The notes under the pieces: model-generated
The model's database searches: none
Told to the model about the DNA's origin: nothing
What the model saw: only the letters and a program-made list of their open reading frames with translations
Assembly: GCA_964016885.1 (NCBI GenBank)
Contig: OZ024741.1
Coordinates: 287,246,001-287,310,000 of the forward strand
Length of the DNA stretch: 64,000 nt
Reading direction: 5' to 3'
Source of the DNA: Eledone cirrhosa
Taxonomy: Eukaryota
Part shown: in pieces, positions 43,595 to 58,164 of the stretch
How the letters are laid out: each line of letters opens with the position of its first letter
How positions within the stretch are numbered: the first letter of the stretch is position 1
Translations under genes and position numbers: made by a program

Positions 43595-43719
43595 ATATAT
43601 CGTTATAGATGTATAGATTTGTTTTATATTGTGGATGACAGAATCATCCACAAATATTCTAGACAGCATCCAGAGAAAGGCCACTTGTCTAACTAACATA
43701 AAGTTACTCATAGGCAAGA

Positions 43720-43960
43720 TCGAGTCTCTGTATTTTTACTTCTTCTACAATACCCTCTGCTCTTCGGAGCTGGCTGGCTGATTCCGCTATCTCCACCCAA
43801 ACAAACCCTACGTACTCCCGCTTTTCTCATCACCCATGTTATAGACAATCCCTAGGGACCTGCATTAATCACTAAACCCTGTCGTTTCTGTCAAAACGTT
43901 AAATCGCTCATATCTTTACTACAGGGGTGGACTTACAACATTCTCTGCAGATCATGAACT
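43720..43960 (+). pseudogene. Very decayed CR1/L2/Jockey-type LINE 3' remnant
   Basis: SLCIFYFFY..LCSSELAGLIP motif. Confidence 0.4.
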
Positions 43961-44212
43961 ATATCATCCTCATCGTTCTTGGTGTGCCTACAAATACCCC
44001 CAGCAGTGCTCCTTCCTTAAGGTGGAGAACAAAAACGTCGTAATGGTGATATTCGTACATAAGTAGATCTCGAATTAGATCACAATAGCCTAGAGTAGTA
44101 ATCTTAGCAGCAGCGGCTTAGTGCATGCGTGCAAACATATATAAACTTACTGCTAATAAATGTACGTGTACACACACACACACACACATATATATTATAT
44201 AAAATATATATA

Positions 44213-44280
<68 letters not shown>

Positions 44281-44433
44281 CATAAGAATTAAAATACTAG
44301 AGTGTGTTGGAGTTAAACACCCTCTTCGTATTATAGAAATGACAGTAAAGGTATAGCTCAATGTAATTAAACAGAGCCGAAGAATTATGAAAATAAACCA
44401 AAGAAGCCTTCAATACATCAAAAGTCTTTATTA

Positions 44434-44471
44434 GCCAACAATGTTTCGTCCTATTAAGGACTCATCGGGGC
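44434..44471 (-). ncRNA. Hammerhead ribozyme in an inverted PLE end (U4C core)
   Basis: GCC-CCGATGA-GTCC-ttaata-GGAC-GAAA-CATTG-TT^GGC, followed by AATAAA and (TA)n. Confidence 0.75.
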
Positions 44472-44729
44472 AATTAAAGTTATAAGAAGCACTATCGGCC
44501 AATACAAGCCAAAAACTCAGAAGAATATGGAGTGTACATACATTAAAGCATAGGAAGATTATCGTGTAAAACTTATCAAGTAAAAATTGCTAAGGAAGTG
44601 AATAACATTTTGAACCATATTACAAATATAGTCAAATGCAAAAACTAAAGCTAAACAAAGGTGGTGATATAGAGCGGGAATTAGAAGTGCATGATGCACT
44701 TCTACTTATAGAATATAAAAAATTTAATA

Positions 44730-46083
44730 TAGAAAGAACTAGAAAACTATTGCACAAGACATTCAAAAACTTTAACCTTAGTATCACCATGGACAAAAAC
44801 ACTAAAAATGTTAACTTCCTAGACGCCACACTATACCTAGACTCAAAAATATATACACCTTTCCATAAGCCTAACGAAAAACTCATTTACGTAGATACCA
44901 AGTCTAATCACCCTAGATCAATATTAAACTCTATCTCTAAGGGGATATCCAATAGAATCTCTAATCTATCCTACGACGCAAACATATTTAGCAAAAACTC
45001 ACAATATTATAATCAAGCATTAGCTAGATCCGGCCATAATATAGAAATTGAGTTCATACCTAAGAAAACGCATAGCTACAACATCATCTCGCACAACATG
45101 TCCATGAGGAAACCTAATAATAGGAATAGCAACCACAAGGACACCAAAGCGGAGGGTGCCACCGGAAGTAACCATTACCACGGAAACTACCGTAGTGCCT
45201 TAGGAATAAACAACACACCAGACACTAAAAACAAAAAATAGAAGAAGAAATAATACATTTTTCAACCCTCCTTTCAACCTAAATGTCTCCACCAACATAC
45301 CTAGGGCTTTCTTCTCACTACTAGATAAAAACTTCCCTCTAGGACACAAGTACCACAACCTTTTAAACAAAAACACTATTAAAATCTCATACTCTACGAC
45401 TCCTAACTTAGCATACCACATAGCTAGCAGCAATAAAAGTAAAATTAATTCTTACTTTCAACAAACGAAATCACAACAGGAGGTAAACCTTCTAAATACC
45501 TCTGTAGCAAGCAACCATAGTAACGGCAGTAACAATAGAAATAACACTAGTATAAGAAATAACACCGGGGTCGACAACCCGAATGTCCAAAATCCTATAG
45601 CTACCACCCAGACTTCTGCACTGTATTATAACCAGCAGACTAACACACAGGATAATTGTAACTGTAGAGCTAATAGAACCTGCCCTTTAGATAAAAAATG
45701 CCTAACCAAGGATATCATATACTCATGCACCGTCACAACTAGCAACTCTTCAGAAACCTATGTAGGCTCCACTTCTAACTGCTTCAAAATCAGATATAAT
45801 TCGCACACCCACTCGTTCAAAAAGCACAGTCAGCCAACTCCACCTCACTATCTACTACATACACTATCTAAAAACTAAAAATAAACCTTACACACTCAAA
45901 TGGGAAGTGATAGGTAGCGCGACTTCGTACAAACCACCTAATAAATTTTGTAACCTCTGTATACTAGAGACCCACAATATTATCTTCTCTAACCGTAACC
46001 TACTTAACAAAAAATCTGAACTGTTTGCAGCTTGCCAGCACCGCTTCAGACATTCCTTCCAAAACTTTAAGCCCAATATATAG
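44730..46083 (+). pseudogene. 5'-truncated CxCx5C-type PLE ORF (RT C-terminus, linker, GIY-YIG)
   Basis: VNFLDATL..SNHP..RISNLS..ALARSG; stop at 45241; IHFFNPPFNLNVSTNI..IKISYSTTPN; CNCRANRTCPL..CL..IIYSCTV..YVGST..FKIRYNSH; later frameshift. Confidence 0.9.
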
Positions 46084-47506
46084 CAATGTCGGACTTGAAC
46101 CAAACACCACCTCTAGCATCAAACACCAGGGGCACACCTTATACCACATACCCAACACTCACTGATCTAATATAACACAAACAGCGACATCCCTCTAGAA
46201 CCCTTCGCAGGGCGAATACCTATTTGTACCTCTACTTTAGGTGTGACAACATCCACCCACTTGAACTGCACTACACCGCTCTATAGGTAATTTAAGCATG
46301 AATTGATTGTCTTGTTAGTGTTGTGCGGAGGAAGTGCCATCGTTGGACAGATGAAAAACGAATTAATCTAGTAACGCTGATGAGCAGTATGACCGGTACG
46401 CTGAGTGCAGGGAATGAATGTATTGCAAGTGGTGTATGGGTTGTACATATATGGATGATTTGATGGTCAGATTAGGGTCATGAGGACTGCGCATTGACCT
46501 CTGGTCGGCCCTGGTGATGATTATCTTTCGACATCCAATGTAGCAAGCGATGACCCAGAACTTACCAGAGATCATTGTGTGTTGAAGTGATTCTGCAATC
46601 ACCGCGCCTGGTCCTGCAACCACAGAGATCATTAATTTAGAATCCTCGCTCGTCGCCTATAATATTCATTTGTGGCACTCTACGATGGGGGTTAATCACC
46701 ATAATAATACGAACACCTTCAGCACAACTTAATAGACTACTCTATAGTTGAAACACTTTAAATTTTAGAAATTTTTTAGAAATTGCGCACAACCATAGAA
46801 GTTAGGGTCTATTTTGAGACACATTTTAGTAGTTAGTAAGAGAAACCTCGGAGTTACCTTCCCTCATGCATTAACTCCCCTTAGCCACACACACACTTCC
46901 GGGTAGTATTTCGATGTCGATTCTCGAAACGTAACATCCTCATGTATTGAACTAAAGAACATCAGACTACGGTTCTCTAACTGGATTGTCAAACGCTCAA
47001 TATCGAATCGTCGTGGATTATGTGAGGGGCATATAATCTGAAAAATACACTCCCCAGACTATGAAAATGTCGAAGTACATGAAGTCCATATCATCCCTTT
47101 GCTGCGCATTTCCAATATTTTTAATGCTTGCACTATTTTTAATGCTTATATTATTTCTCCACACACAGACTATAACAATCATATAAAGAATTTGTCACCA
47201 GATCAACCAACCTAACACTCTTGTTTACCTACTTAAGTGCTTCTACTACGCGTAACTCTCTGCCACACTATATAAACAAGACGCACGTGCTTGCCACACA
47301 TATAACCTTTGCACTATATAACCGCTTATTTTCATGTTGTGTTTTAACCTGTATTTTTGATTGTATCTTTTAATATGAATGTAATCTCTAAGTGTGTACT
47401 GCCACTCTAAATGCTGTAATGAATGTTGACCCACAATATTTGCATATGTATCTGTATGTCTCTTGGGTGAAAAGGAGGTCATATAAGTGTTCATTCATTA
47501 ATAAAT

Positions 47507-47553
47507 TGCTCCGAAGAATCCAAAGCTCGGTTTGGAGGAAACAGTTGTAAGCA
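47507..47553 (+). ncRNA. Hammerhead ribozyme-like motif (U4C core)
   Basis: TGCT-CCGAAGA-aTCCAAA-gctcgg-TTTGGAg-GAAA-CAGTTG-TA^AGCA. Confidence 0.7.
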
Positions 47554-47938
47554 TAAAAATGTTTTGAACAGTTCTTTGATTCTTATAATTCATATAACTG
47601 CTCTGTAAATCATCTGATGTTTTTTATATTGAGCTACTTAACTTACTGGTAATAAGGTAGTAATATATTACTGCCTACCACTATTTAGGGTTTGTATAAA
47701 AATATATATAACTGCAAAAGGTTTTTGTATTTACATAACCATAAATAGTATAATTAATACTAATTAATACTATATATATATATACATACAGGCACACATA
47801 TATATATGCACGTATCAGTTTACCGAACATTTATTATAATGTTCGCTTTGTTCGTTTGTAAACAAACGAACAGCCTGATTTACGCCGTACAGCGTTTAGG
47901 CAACCACGTCACCTTTTTGTTCAACACTGACACAGGAA

Positions 47939-47979
47939 CGATGTACTAGTTTCAAGCTTGTTAGCTATCGTCAGCACCG
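47939..47979 (-). ncRNA. Type I hammerhead ribozyme (intact)
   Basis: CGGTG-CTGACGA-tAGCT-aaca-AGCTt-GAAA-CTAG-TA^CATCG, with helix I extendable to GTTCAAC/GTTGAAC. Confidence 0.9.
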
Positions 47980-48212
47980 TATACCTTTCTGCCAGATGGT
48001 TGAACGTCCGAAAGTATATACTTTCCTTATGAAATTTAACGGCTCAGCAGCCTAATTTGCATATCGAGTGAGTTCAGTCGGCCAGGCGCACCGAAAACGA
48101 TAAATGGAATAGAATAAAACGAAATTTCATTTCTCACTCTTAGTAGGCACTTACTTAAATGTAAGTATGTATGTATACGTACATACATATATGTATACAG
48201 ACGTACAGTAAC

Positions 48213-48297
<85 letters not shown>

Positions 48298-48567
48298 CAG
48301 GCACACATATATATATGCACGTATCAGTTTACCGAACATTTATTATAATGTTCGCTTTGTTCGTTTGTAAACAAACGAACAGCCTGAATTACGCCGTACA
48401 GTGTTTAGGCAACCACGTCACCTTTTTGTTCAACACAGACACAGGAACGATGTACTAGTTTCAAGCTTGTTAGCTATCGTCATACACTAAGAGTGAGAAA
48501 TGAAATTTCGTTTCATACTATTCCATTTATCGTTTTCGGTGCGCCTGGCCGACTGAACTCACTCGAT

Positions 48568-48575
48568 ATGCAAAT
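48568..48575 (+). promoter_or_regulatory. Octamer motif ATGCAAAT in the retrozyme-like unit
   Basis: 81 nt upstream of HHR C3; also at 48055-48062 (-) and 53465-53472 (+). Confidence 0.55.
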
Positions 48576-48650
48576 TAGGCTGCTCAGCCATTAATTTTCA
48601 TAAGGAAAGTATATACTTTCGGACGTTCAACCATCTGGCAGAAAGGTATA

Positions 48651-48691
48651 CCGTGCTGACGATAGCTAACAAGCTTGAAACTAGTACATCG
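48651..48691 (+). ncRNA. Type I hammerhead ribozyme (intact core)
   Basis: ccGTG-CTGACGA-tAGCTaacaAGCTt-GAAA-CTAG-TA^CATcg. Confidence 0.88.
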
Positions 48692-48841
48692 TTCCTGTGT
48701 CAGTGTTGAACAAAAAGGTGACGTGGTTGCCTAAACACTGTACGGCGTAAATCAGGCTGTTCGTTTGTTTACAAACGAACAAAGCGAACATTATAATAAA
48801 TGTTCGGTAAACTGATACGTGCATATATATATGTGTGCCTG

Positions 48842-48878
<37 letters not shown>

Positions 48879-48925
48879 GCTACTGTACGTCTGTATACAT
48901 ATATGTATGTGCGTATACATACATA

Positions 48926-49011
<86 letters not shown>

Positions 49012-49235
49012 TATGCACACACAGAGAAACATTAGTGATATATATATATATATTATTCTATTTATTTCAGACAGAAACACGACAACGTTTCGCTCCTCTA
49101 GCAAACGTGTTTTACGAATTAAGTGGAATAATTTAAATAGAACCACAATTAAATTACTTCCAATTCCATCATTGAAATTCCGCCCGCCTCTTAATATTAA
49201 TAATTACCAGTAATTGCATCTGATCATATTTTCTG

Positions 49236-49339
<104 letters not shown>

Positions 49340-49380
49340 ATATGTGTATGCGTGTCTATGTATGCGCCCATGTATATATA

Positions 49381-49415
<35 letters not shown>

Positions 49416-49444
49416 CCAATTCTCTAAGTATGGAGGTAGGTGTG

Positions 49445-49532
<88 letters not shown>

Positions 49533-49841
49533 ACCACCTCCACACACACACATATATACATGCATATATATATAAATATATATAAAGAGATACAGGGGAG
49601 AGAAGGAAAGATATATTTGTGTGGTGTCCATACGTGTGTGTGTGAATGTCTATGTGTGTATGTTTACCTGTGAATGTGTATGTGTGCATGTATACTTGTG
49701 TATGTGTGCTAATATATGTCTACTGAATATCTGAGATGTTATGAGAGGCTATTTTAATGTAGTACCAAATCTAAAATAATGTCAGTAAATATTTATGTGA
49801 AGACCCAGTCATTATTTCGACTACAGAAGCTCACTTTTATA

Positions 49842-49918
49842 CAGGCTGTCTCAAAAAGTTTATAAATATTGCCTGTACAGGTAATAAAAGTGTGTATACA
49901 TTTTTGGAGGACACCCTG
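49842..49918. mobile_element. Tiny Tc1/mariner-type MITE
   Basis: TA-CAGGCTGTCTCAAAAA...TTTTTGGAGGACACCCTG-TA imperfect TIRs with TA flanks. Confidence 0.5.
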
Positions 49919-51693
49919 TATTTATTGTATTACTTTAAATTGAAAGCCTGTCACATAATAGTTAGAGAATTGAATTCGCAATCGTGAGATTGTGGGTTCG
50001 ATTCCTGAAACACGAGATGCGTTATGTCTTTAAACATGTCACTTTCTCTCACGGTGTTGCGCCCGGTATATAATATCAGCAAAGGAAAGACCAATTTAAA
50101 CATTGTTTCCTTGGTTCGGTGAGCGAATTTAGTCTGGGATCTTGTCAATCGTTTAAGAATAAAGTAAAGGCGTGTGTCTTAGTACTTAGCGTGTTTGACT
50201 CACTTTGTTGTCGGGAGTTCAATTCCCGTTAGTGAACTGTGACCTCCGATACGATACTTTATTTTACATTACTCGCGTCCACTCAACTGGGAAACAGTGA
50301 GTCGTATCCGTATTTTAAAAGGCTGGATTTGTCACACAACTGGAACATTCGTCGTTGAGTTCAAATCCCGCCTTTCATCCTTACGGGGTCGATAAAATAA
50401 TGCACTGGAATAATTGCTGGCCTTGTGCCAAAAGTAGAAACAATTATTACAATGGAAATGATTTAAGCTTAGAACCCGAAACATCTGGTGGGGTTTCTTC
50501 AATCCATTCCTTCGCAATTGGTATCCTTTTATTTTTCGCGCCATAATATGTATGACTGCTTAAATTTGATAATTTGATAATGCTTCGGGGAAATTACGAT
50601 ATACTATATATAGATACTAATTTATTACTGGTGTATACTTACATCTGCATAACATATATATACATATATATATGTGTGTGCGTGTGTGTGCGTGTGTACA
50701 CAGTGAAAAAGAGAAAGTGAGAGAGAGGGGGAGGGAGAAAGATACCACCCCCACCCCCTTCCCCCACAAACTCACACTCACACTCATATACATACACATA
50801 TTTAACAAAAATCTAAATATATATACTCATTACTAATGTCGGCTTAATGTAATTTGCAAATGCAGAACAGACGTGTTAGATTTAGTAGTGTGGGTGATTG
50901 TGTTTGTGGTGGTAGTTGCGGTGGAGGTGGTTTGGCAGTTGCAGTGGTTGTGGTGATGGTGGGGGAATGATGGAGTAGATATTTTCCTACGCAATACAAA
51001 TTATATCGCCTGTCTTACTTAAACATAAGTTATGTGCGGTGAAATACAAAGAAAGTGCGGCTGGTGTGATCGATAGGGCACTGAATAATTATGATACAGA
51101 TCAATCCAACAAAGTTACTGTTATTGTTAGGATGATCGATTGATATCAGTAAAACATCGGACAAATGTTTAGTAGTATTTGTTCCGACTCTTCGCTTTCT
51201 GAGTTCAAATCCCGCCGAGGTTAACATCAGTTTTCACCCTTCTAAGACCTTAAAATAAAGTAACAGTCATATACTCTGTCCATATAATCAACTTTCCCAT
51301 GCACCCGAAATCGCTGGACATGTGTTGCATCTTGTACATATTTTCTTCAATTGTAACGAACGTTTTGCCACCGATCAGCTCAATGTGCAATCGGTCATCA
51401 TCAGCCCTGACTCTGGAATCGATAAACCATCGTGGCCTTGAGTTGATCGATGGCCAAACGCGCGTCACAGGGGAATAAAATAGATACAAGATGTTATTAT
51501 TTGGATTGGAAGTATCGGTAGAGCATCGGACACCATGCTTTGCAGCATAGAATTATTGCCCTTACATTTCGAGTTCAAATCCCGCCGAGCTAAGATTTGT
51601 CTTTCGTCCTTATGGGGGTCGATAAAATTAAAGACCAGTAATGCACTGAGGCAGATTTAATCTACTTTCCTCTCCCCAAAAATTGCTGGCCTT

Positions 51694-52714
<1,021 letters not shown>

Positions 52715-53262
52715 ATTATATATGGATGGAAAATAAACTAGTTATGGCAGGAATTGAATGTATGGTATCGATTAAGTATCACTTATTCTATGAATTACTT
52801 CTGAGAAGCATTTTATGTTAAAGTGATTTTTTACTGCGACAACGAAATATATATTTTTTCTAGTCAGAGATTTGTTTGTCGACACTTTGAAAATGACAGT
52901 GAGAGTAGACTTCTACTGATGATGCCTAAAAAACTATGTCATGAATTATCTCCCCTGCTGCGAAATGGAAAAAGTTAATATCAGTCATAGTCAAATATTA
53001 TATTTCTGTTACTGCAAATTTAACTATATTTTAGCTTTCAGTTCCAAACAGTAAATGCGATATCAATCACTTCACTATTAGGATTCAGACGAAATATCTA
53101 TATGAAAAATTACTTTGATGTAACTATTGATACATGGGAATTGAGACCAGTAAATGTTGCGTACCAGTGTTAAAAAAACTGTTTATATGTTCATGGACAG
53201 TTTCAACTCAACCATGTTTTTAGAAATAACTACAATATCAAAAGGTACGTTAAATGACGTTA

Positions 53263-53866
53263 TAAACCGATACCTGCATATATATATGTGTGCATGTGTT
53301 TATATATATACATACTACTGTACGTCTGTATACATATATGTATGTACGTATACATACATACTTACATTTAAGTAACTGCCGTACTAAGAGTGAGAAATGA
53401 AATTTCGTTTCATTCTATTCCATTTATCGTTTTCGGTGCGCCCGGCCGACTAAACTCACTCGATATGCAAATTAGGCTGCTCAACCGTTAATATGCATAA
53501 GGAAAGTATATACTTTCAGACGTTCAACCACCTGGCAGGAAGGTATACGATGCTGACGATATCTAATAAGCTTGAAACTAATGCATCGTTCCTGTGTCAG
53601 TGTTGAACAAAACGGCGACGTGGTTGCCTAAACACTGTACGGCGTAATTCGGGCTGTTTGTTTGTTTACAAACAAACCGAGCATTATAATAAATGTTCGG
53701 TAAACCGATACGTGCATATATATATATGTGTGCATGTGTGTATATATATACATACTACTGTACGTCTGTATACATATATGTATGTACGTATACATACATA
53801 CTTACATTTAAGTAACTGCCGTACTAAGAGTGAGAAATGAAATTTCGTTTCATTCTATTCCATTTA
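53263..53866 (+). mobile_element. Retrozyme-like unit, ~1.4 head-to-tail copies (period 438 bp)
   Basis: taaaccgatac recurs at 53263 and 53701; octamer at 53465; HHR at 53548-53588 has a mutated stem III and cleavage triplet (CTAATG). Confidence 0.8.
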
Positions 53867-54094
53867 TATATATATATATATATATACATATATATACATG
53901 TGAGAAAAACAACAGACCCTCCATCTCAACTCTACTTTTGAAAAGCAGAAGAACTGCGAAACCGGTAAAGGAACCAAATAAATATATATATATATATATT
54001 TTTAAATATGACTCCAGTTGCAATTTCGATTTCATCTTTTTTTCTTTATACTTTAACTCGTGTAGGACACGTCAGTTATTTTTCATTTTGTAAT

Positions 54095-54151
<57 letters not shown>

Positions 54152-54154
<3 letters not shown>

Positions 54155-54198
54155 GTTGGCTGTTGGCTGTTGGACCCTTCCTAAAAACTAACCTTCTC

Positions 54199-54291
<93 letters not shown>

Positions 54292-54332
54292 GGAGAAGGT
54301 TAGTTTTTAGGAAGGGTCCAACAGCCAACAGA
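54152..54332. repeat. ~42-bp inverted repeat around (TA)n
   Basis: ctgttggctgttggacccttcctaaaaactaaccttctccta / taggagaaggttagtttttaggaagggtccaacagccaacag. Confidence 0.85.
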
Positions 54333-54627
54333 TTGAGACATATTAAAAACATGTAAAATAAATAATTGAAAATCAGAGAGGAAAACGTAGAATTTGAATT
54401 TTAGACTGGCATAACTAAGAGTTTAAAACACTGCTTATTTAGAAGACTACGGATAGAAGAAAAGACAAGTATTGCTTACATTCTCAAAATCGACAGATCG
54501 CCTGTAAGATAGATTAGATAGATAAATTCTGTCCTTGGGACTAGCAAGATTTATTTTATACTTGTGATCAGACGGGGGGGGGGGGGGTATGAGAGAAGGA
54601 GCAAAGTGTTTACAAGTGTTACAAACT

Positions 54628-54686
<59 letters not shown>

Positions 54687-54689
54687 TAA

Positions 54690-54790
54690 ATATCAACTTC
54701 TGCGTTTACAGATTGATTTTGTTAGTTTCAGAAGATCCCGTTAAGGGTGAAAGCATCGATTCTTTGCTTAAACTTTAATCTGTTATTTTA

Positions 54791-54797
<7 letters not shown>
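54690..54797 (+). mobile_element. Solo 3' end of the 24790-28150 PLE family
   Basis: Reverse complement of ~24790-24880; carries CAGAAGA-tCCC..GGGt-GAAA. Confidence 0.8.
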
Positions 54798-54840
<43 letters not shown>

Positions 54841-55260
54841 TTATTTATTTATATATATATATATATAGGGGGGGGGGGGGTAAGTGCTATATCTGTACAT
54901 ATACAGTATAGCGGTAATCGGTACTGTGTAAATGCGTTTATAACTTTACACATTTTTACTATATAGAAATTGTGACATGTTAAATACACATATTTCCCTG
55001 TAGACTGGAGAAATGATAAATACCTTTATCTATTTCCGAGCCTAGTTAGGCAAATTACATTAGGTTCTCATCAGAAGTCATGTATGTCATCTAAGCAACC
55101 ACAAGGAAATAAGTTACCGAGAGGGTTATATACCATATCACTAATAGTTCTATCCTCAAATGGACGTATTACTTTATAATTCTTTAACACTCATGTTGGC
55201 AGCTGATTAAGATACATATTAGGTTGTACGTTAAGTAGGTAGCTGAATTATATAATGAAG

Positions 55261-55317
<57 letters not shown>

Positions 55318-55318
55318 C

Positions 55319-55900
<582 letters not shown>

Positions 55901-55973
55901 CATATATAAAAGGTAAACAGGAATAACATTGAAGAAATATATTAGCATAACGCTTGAAATGGCAGGAAGAGTG

Positions 55974-56009
55974 TCTTAGCGTTTCGGACGCTAGTCCTTC
56001 ATCAGAAGA
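55974..56009 (-). ncRNA. Minimal hammerhead ribozyme
   Basis: TCTT-CTGATGA-aGGAC-tagc-GTCC-GAAA-CGCT-AAGA; stem III probably mutated from ACGT. Confidence 0.7.
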
Positions 56010-56527
56010 TAGAGTAAGAAAGTATATATATGCAGTATATAATCTGTTTATAAATTTAAACATTCTTAGAATATAGATAAGTATACATGCTAAATATACA
56101 TATTTCTCTGTAAAGTGAAAATAAGATAGATACCTGATTACATTTCCAAACCTAGTTGGTTTCTTATTAGAAGCCTATAATTTATCGGATCACCCTTGTC
56201 ATACATTGTGTCACGTCGAATCTTCCTGAGATTTTCGCTATAGATACATGTATAGTCTTAGATTAACCATAAAGCATATTATGCACATGCTTTTTTTTAT
56301 ATTGCCCGATTTAAAATAGATCACGGCGTTTTGTCGCAACTAAAACAAAACCAATAAAAAGGGACCACCACAAAACTTTACCGTGTTTAGGGTCTCTAAA
56401 GGCCTTAATGCAGCCCTGTACGTGTTGCCGTAAAATGTTTAACTACGTGTACGTAAATTTCAACAGCAGGCTGTTTCTTTGATCGTACAACTGGAACATT
56501 TATTGTCGAAAGCTACAGAGATACAAA

Positions 56528-56543
56528 AGCAGCAACAACAATA

Positions 56544-56612
<69 letters not shown>

Positions 56613-56614
56613 GC

Positions 56615-56655
<41 letters not shown>

Positions 56656-56937
56656 CGACGACAACGACAACAACAACAACAGAAAGAAAAGCAAGAGCAG
56701 CAGCAGCGGCAACAACAATAACAACAACAATAGCAGCAGCACCACCAACAACAACAACAACAGAAAGAACAACAACAACCGAAGGAACAACAACAATAAC
56801 AACAACAACAGCAGCAGCAGCAGCGCCACCGCCACCAACAATAACAACAACAACAGCAACAGCACCACCACCACCAACAACAACAACAACAGCAGCAACA
56901 ACAACAGCAGAAACAACAACAGCAATAACAACAAAGC
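56528..56937. repeat. Compound (AAC)/(AGC)n trinucleotide microsatellite
   Basis: Seen directly. Confidence 0.95.
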
Positions 56938-57333
56938 AGTCCTCAAAATTGAAAAGTGAAGGAATAGAATTGATATTTATGCTTCGATGTAATTTAATAT
57001 AAGTTAAGTTCAATTCAGTAAATATTTCCTTGATATTCGATATGAGTATATTAAATCAAATTATTAAGGAAAAGTGTCCTCTCGTGAATATTGTCCTTTA
57101 AATACGTTCAATATTATTAAACCATTTCTTGATAAAACAAAGAATCACAGATAGTTGTTATAATACAGATTATAGGAATTATATCAAGCATGTTAACATA
57201 TACAATCTATGAGCGAGTGTGTATGTATGTATGTAGATATTATGTATGTATTATGTGTGTATGTATGTAGATATTATGTATGCATGTAGGTATTATGTAT
57301 GTATGCATGTAGGTATTATGTATGATGTATGTA

Positions 57334-57722
57334 TGACAAAGGGCCGAAGAACTCATAAGAGTCAACGGCCATCCAAAAGTGTGTAAATATGTATATAGAC
57401 ATGTACCGCGTGGTTAAACCACTGGGAGTGAAGGACCCCTAGCATTTGTCAGGGCATTCATTTAGGAGAAAGCAACTCAGGAAACTGGAATAACTCCGAT
57501 ATAAAATCTGCGGTTCAGTAGTTACCGATGATGTTGATCTTTTCTTCTTTTCGGGTTATAGCTACTGTCGCTCAGAGAGTGGGATTGGCTCAGTGCACAG
57601 TCTTTCCTCACTTAAAAAAATATCTTCACACACAGGCATTGCACGATAGAATTAATTAATAATTATTAATAATAGTGTATCGTGCAATGGCCATACTCGA
57701 TAACGAGGGGGCTGCCATCATG
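57334..57722 (+). mobile_element. RTE-derived short element, subfamily matching 11478-11822
   Basis: High identity to 11478-11822; (TGTA)n tail. Confidence 0.8.
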
Positions 57723-58164
57723 TATGTATGTATGTATGTATGTATGTATGTATGTATGTATGTATGTATGTATGTATGTATGAATGTATGTTTGTTCTTG
57801 TGGTTTTATAATTTCACAAATTGTTGCCAATAGAAAGAGAGTCGGTTTCTAACATAGACACAAGACTCTCTCATTGGAATTTACACATCAACTAGGTAGA
57901 TATGTATGCATATCTGCATCCATGCATGTGTGTGCAGGTATGGGTGTTATTGTATGTGTGGATGTTTATGTTTTGAGTTGTATGTGTGCATGTATATATG
58001 CGTTGTATCTGTACAAGTGTATATGCGGTTATTACATGCAACATTTTTGGAATGTTTTACATAATTTTACTGTTCCATTAATGGTTTGTACTTGTAATTT
58101 CCTATGTATGTATGTATTTATGTTGTTATCGTGTGTGTATGTGTATATGTATATATAGTTATGT

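Larger units (their letters stand above)
47784..48928. mobile_element. Retrozyme-like array: ~1.4 tandem minus-strand units (47784-48482) followed by one inverted plus-strand unit (48485-48928)
   Basis: Non-coding ~440-bp unit with octamer and HHR; near-identical copies; embedded in (TA)n. Confidence 0.8.

Noticed and set aside
44730-46083. Selenocysteine-recoded (Naiad-type) PLE
   Set aside because: The endonuclease is C-terminal and the interruptions are a TAG and a frameshift, not in-frame TGA.
46377-46420. CTGATGA possible hammerhead
   Set aside because: No stem II-GAAA-UH downstream.
46300-46640. Possible Tc1 transposase remnant or host exon
   Set aside because: Only faint motif resemblance; no sustained reading frame.
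56500-57013. Poly-Leu, poly-Val or poly-Gln ORFs
   Set aside because: Trinucleotide microsatellite with no splice or coding context.
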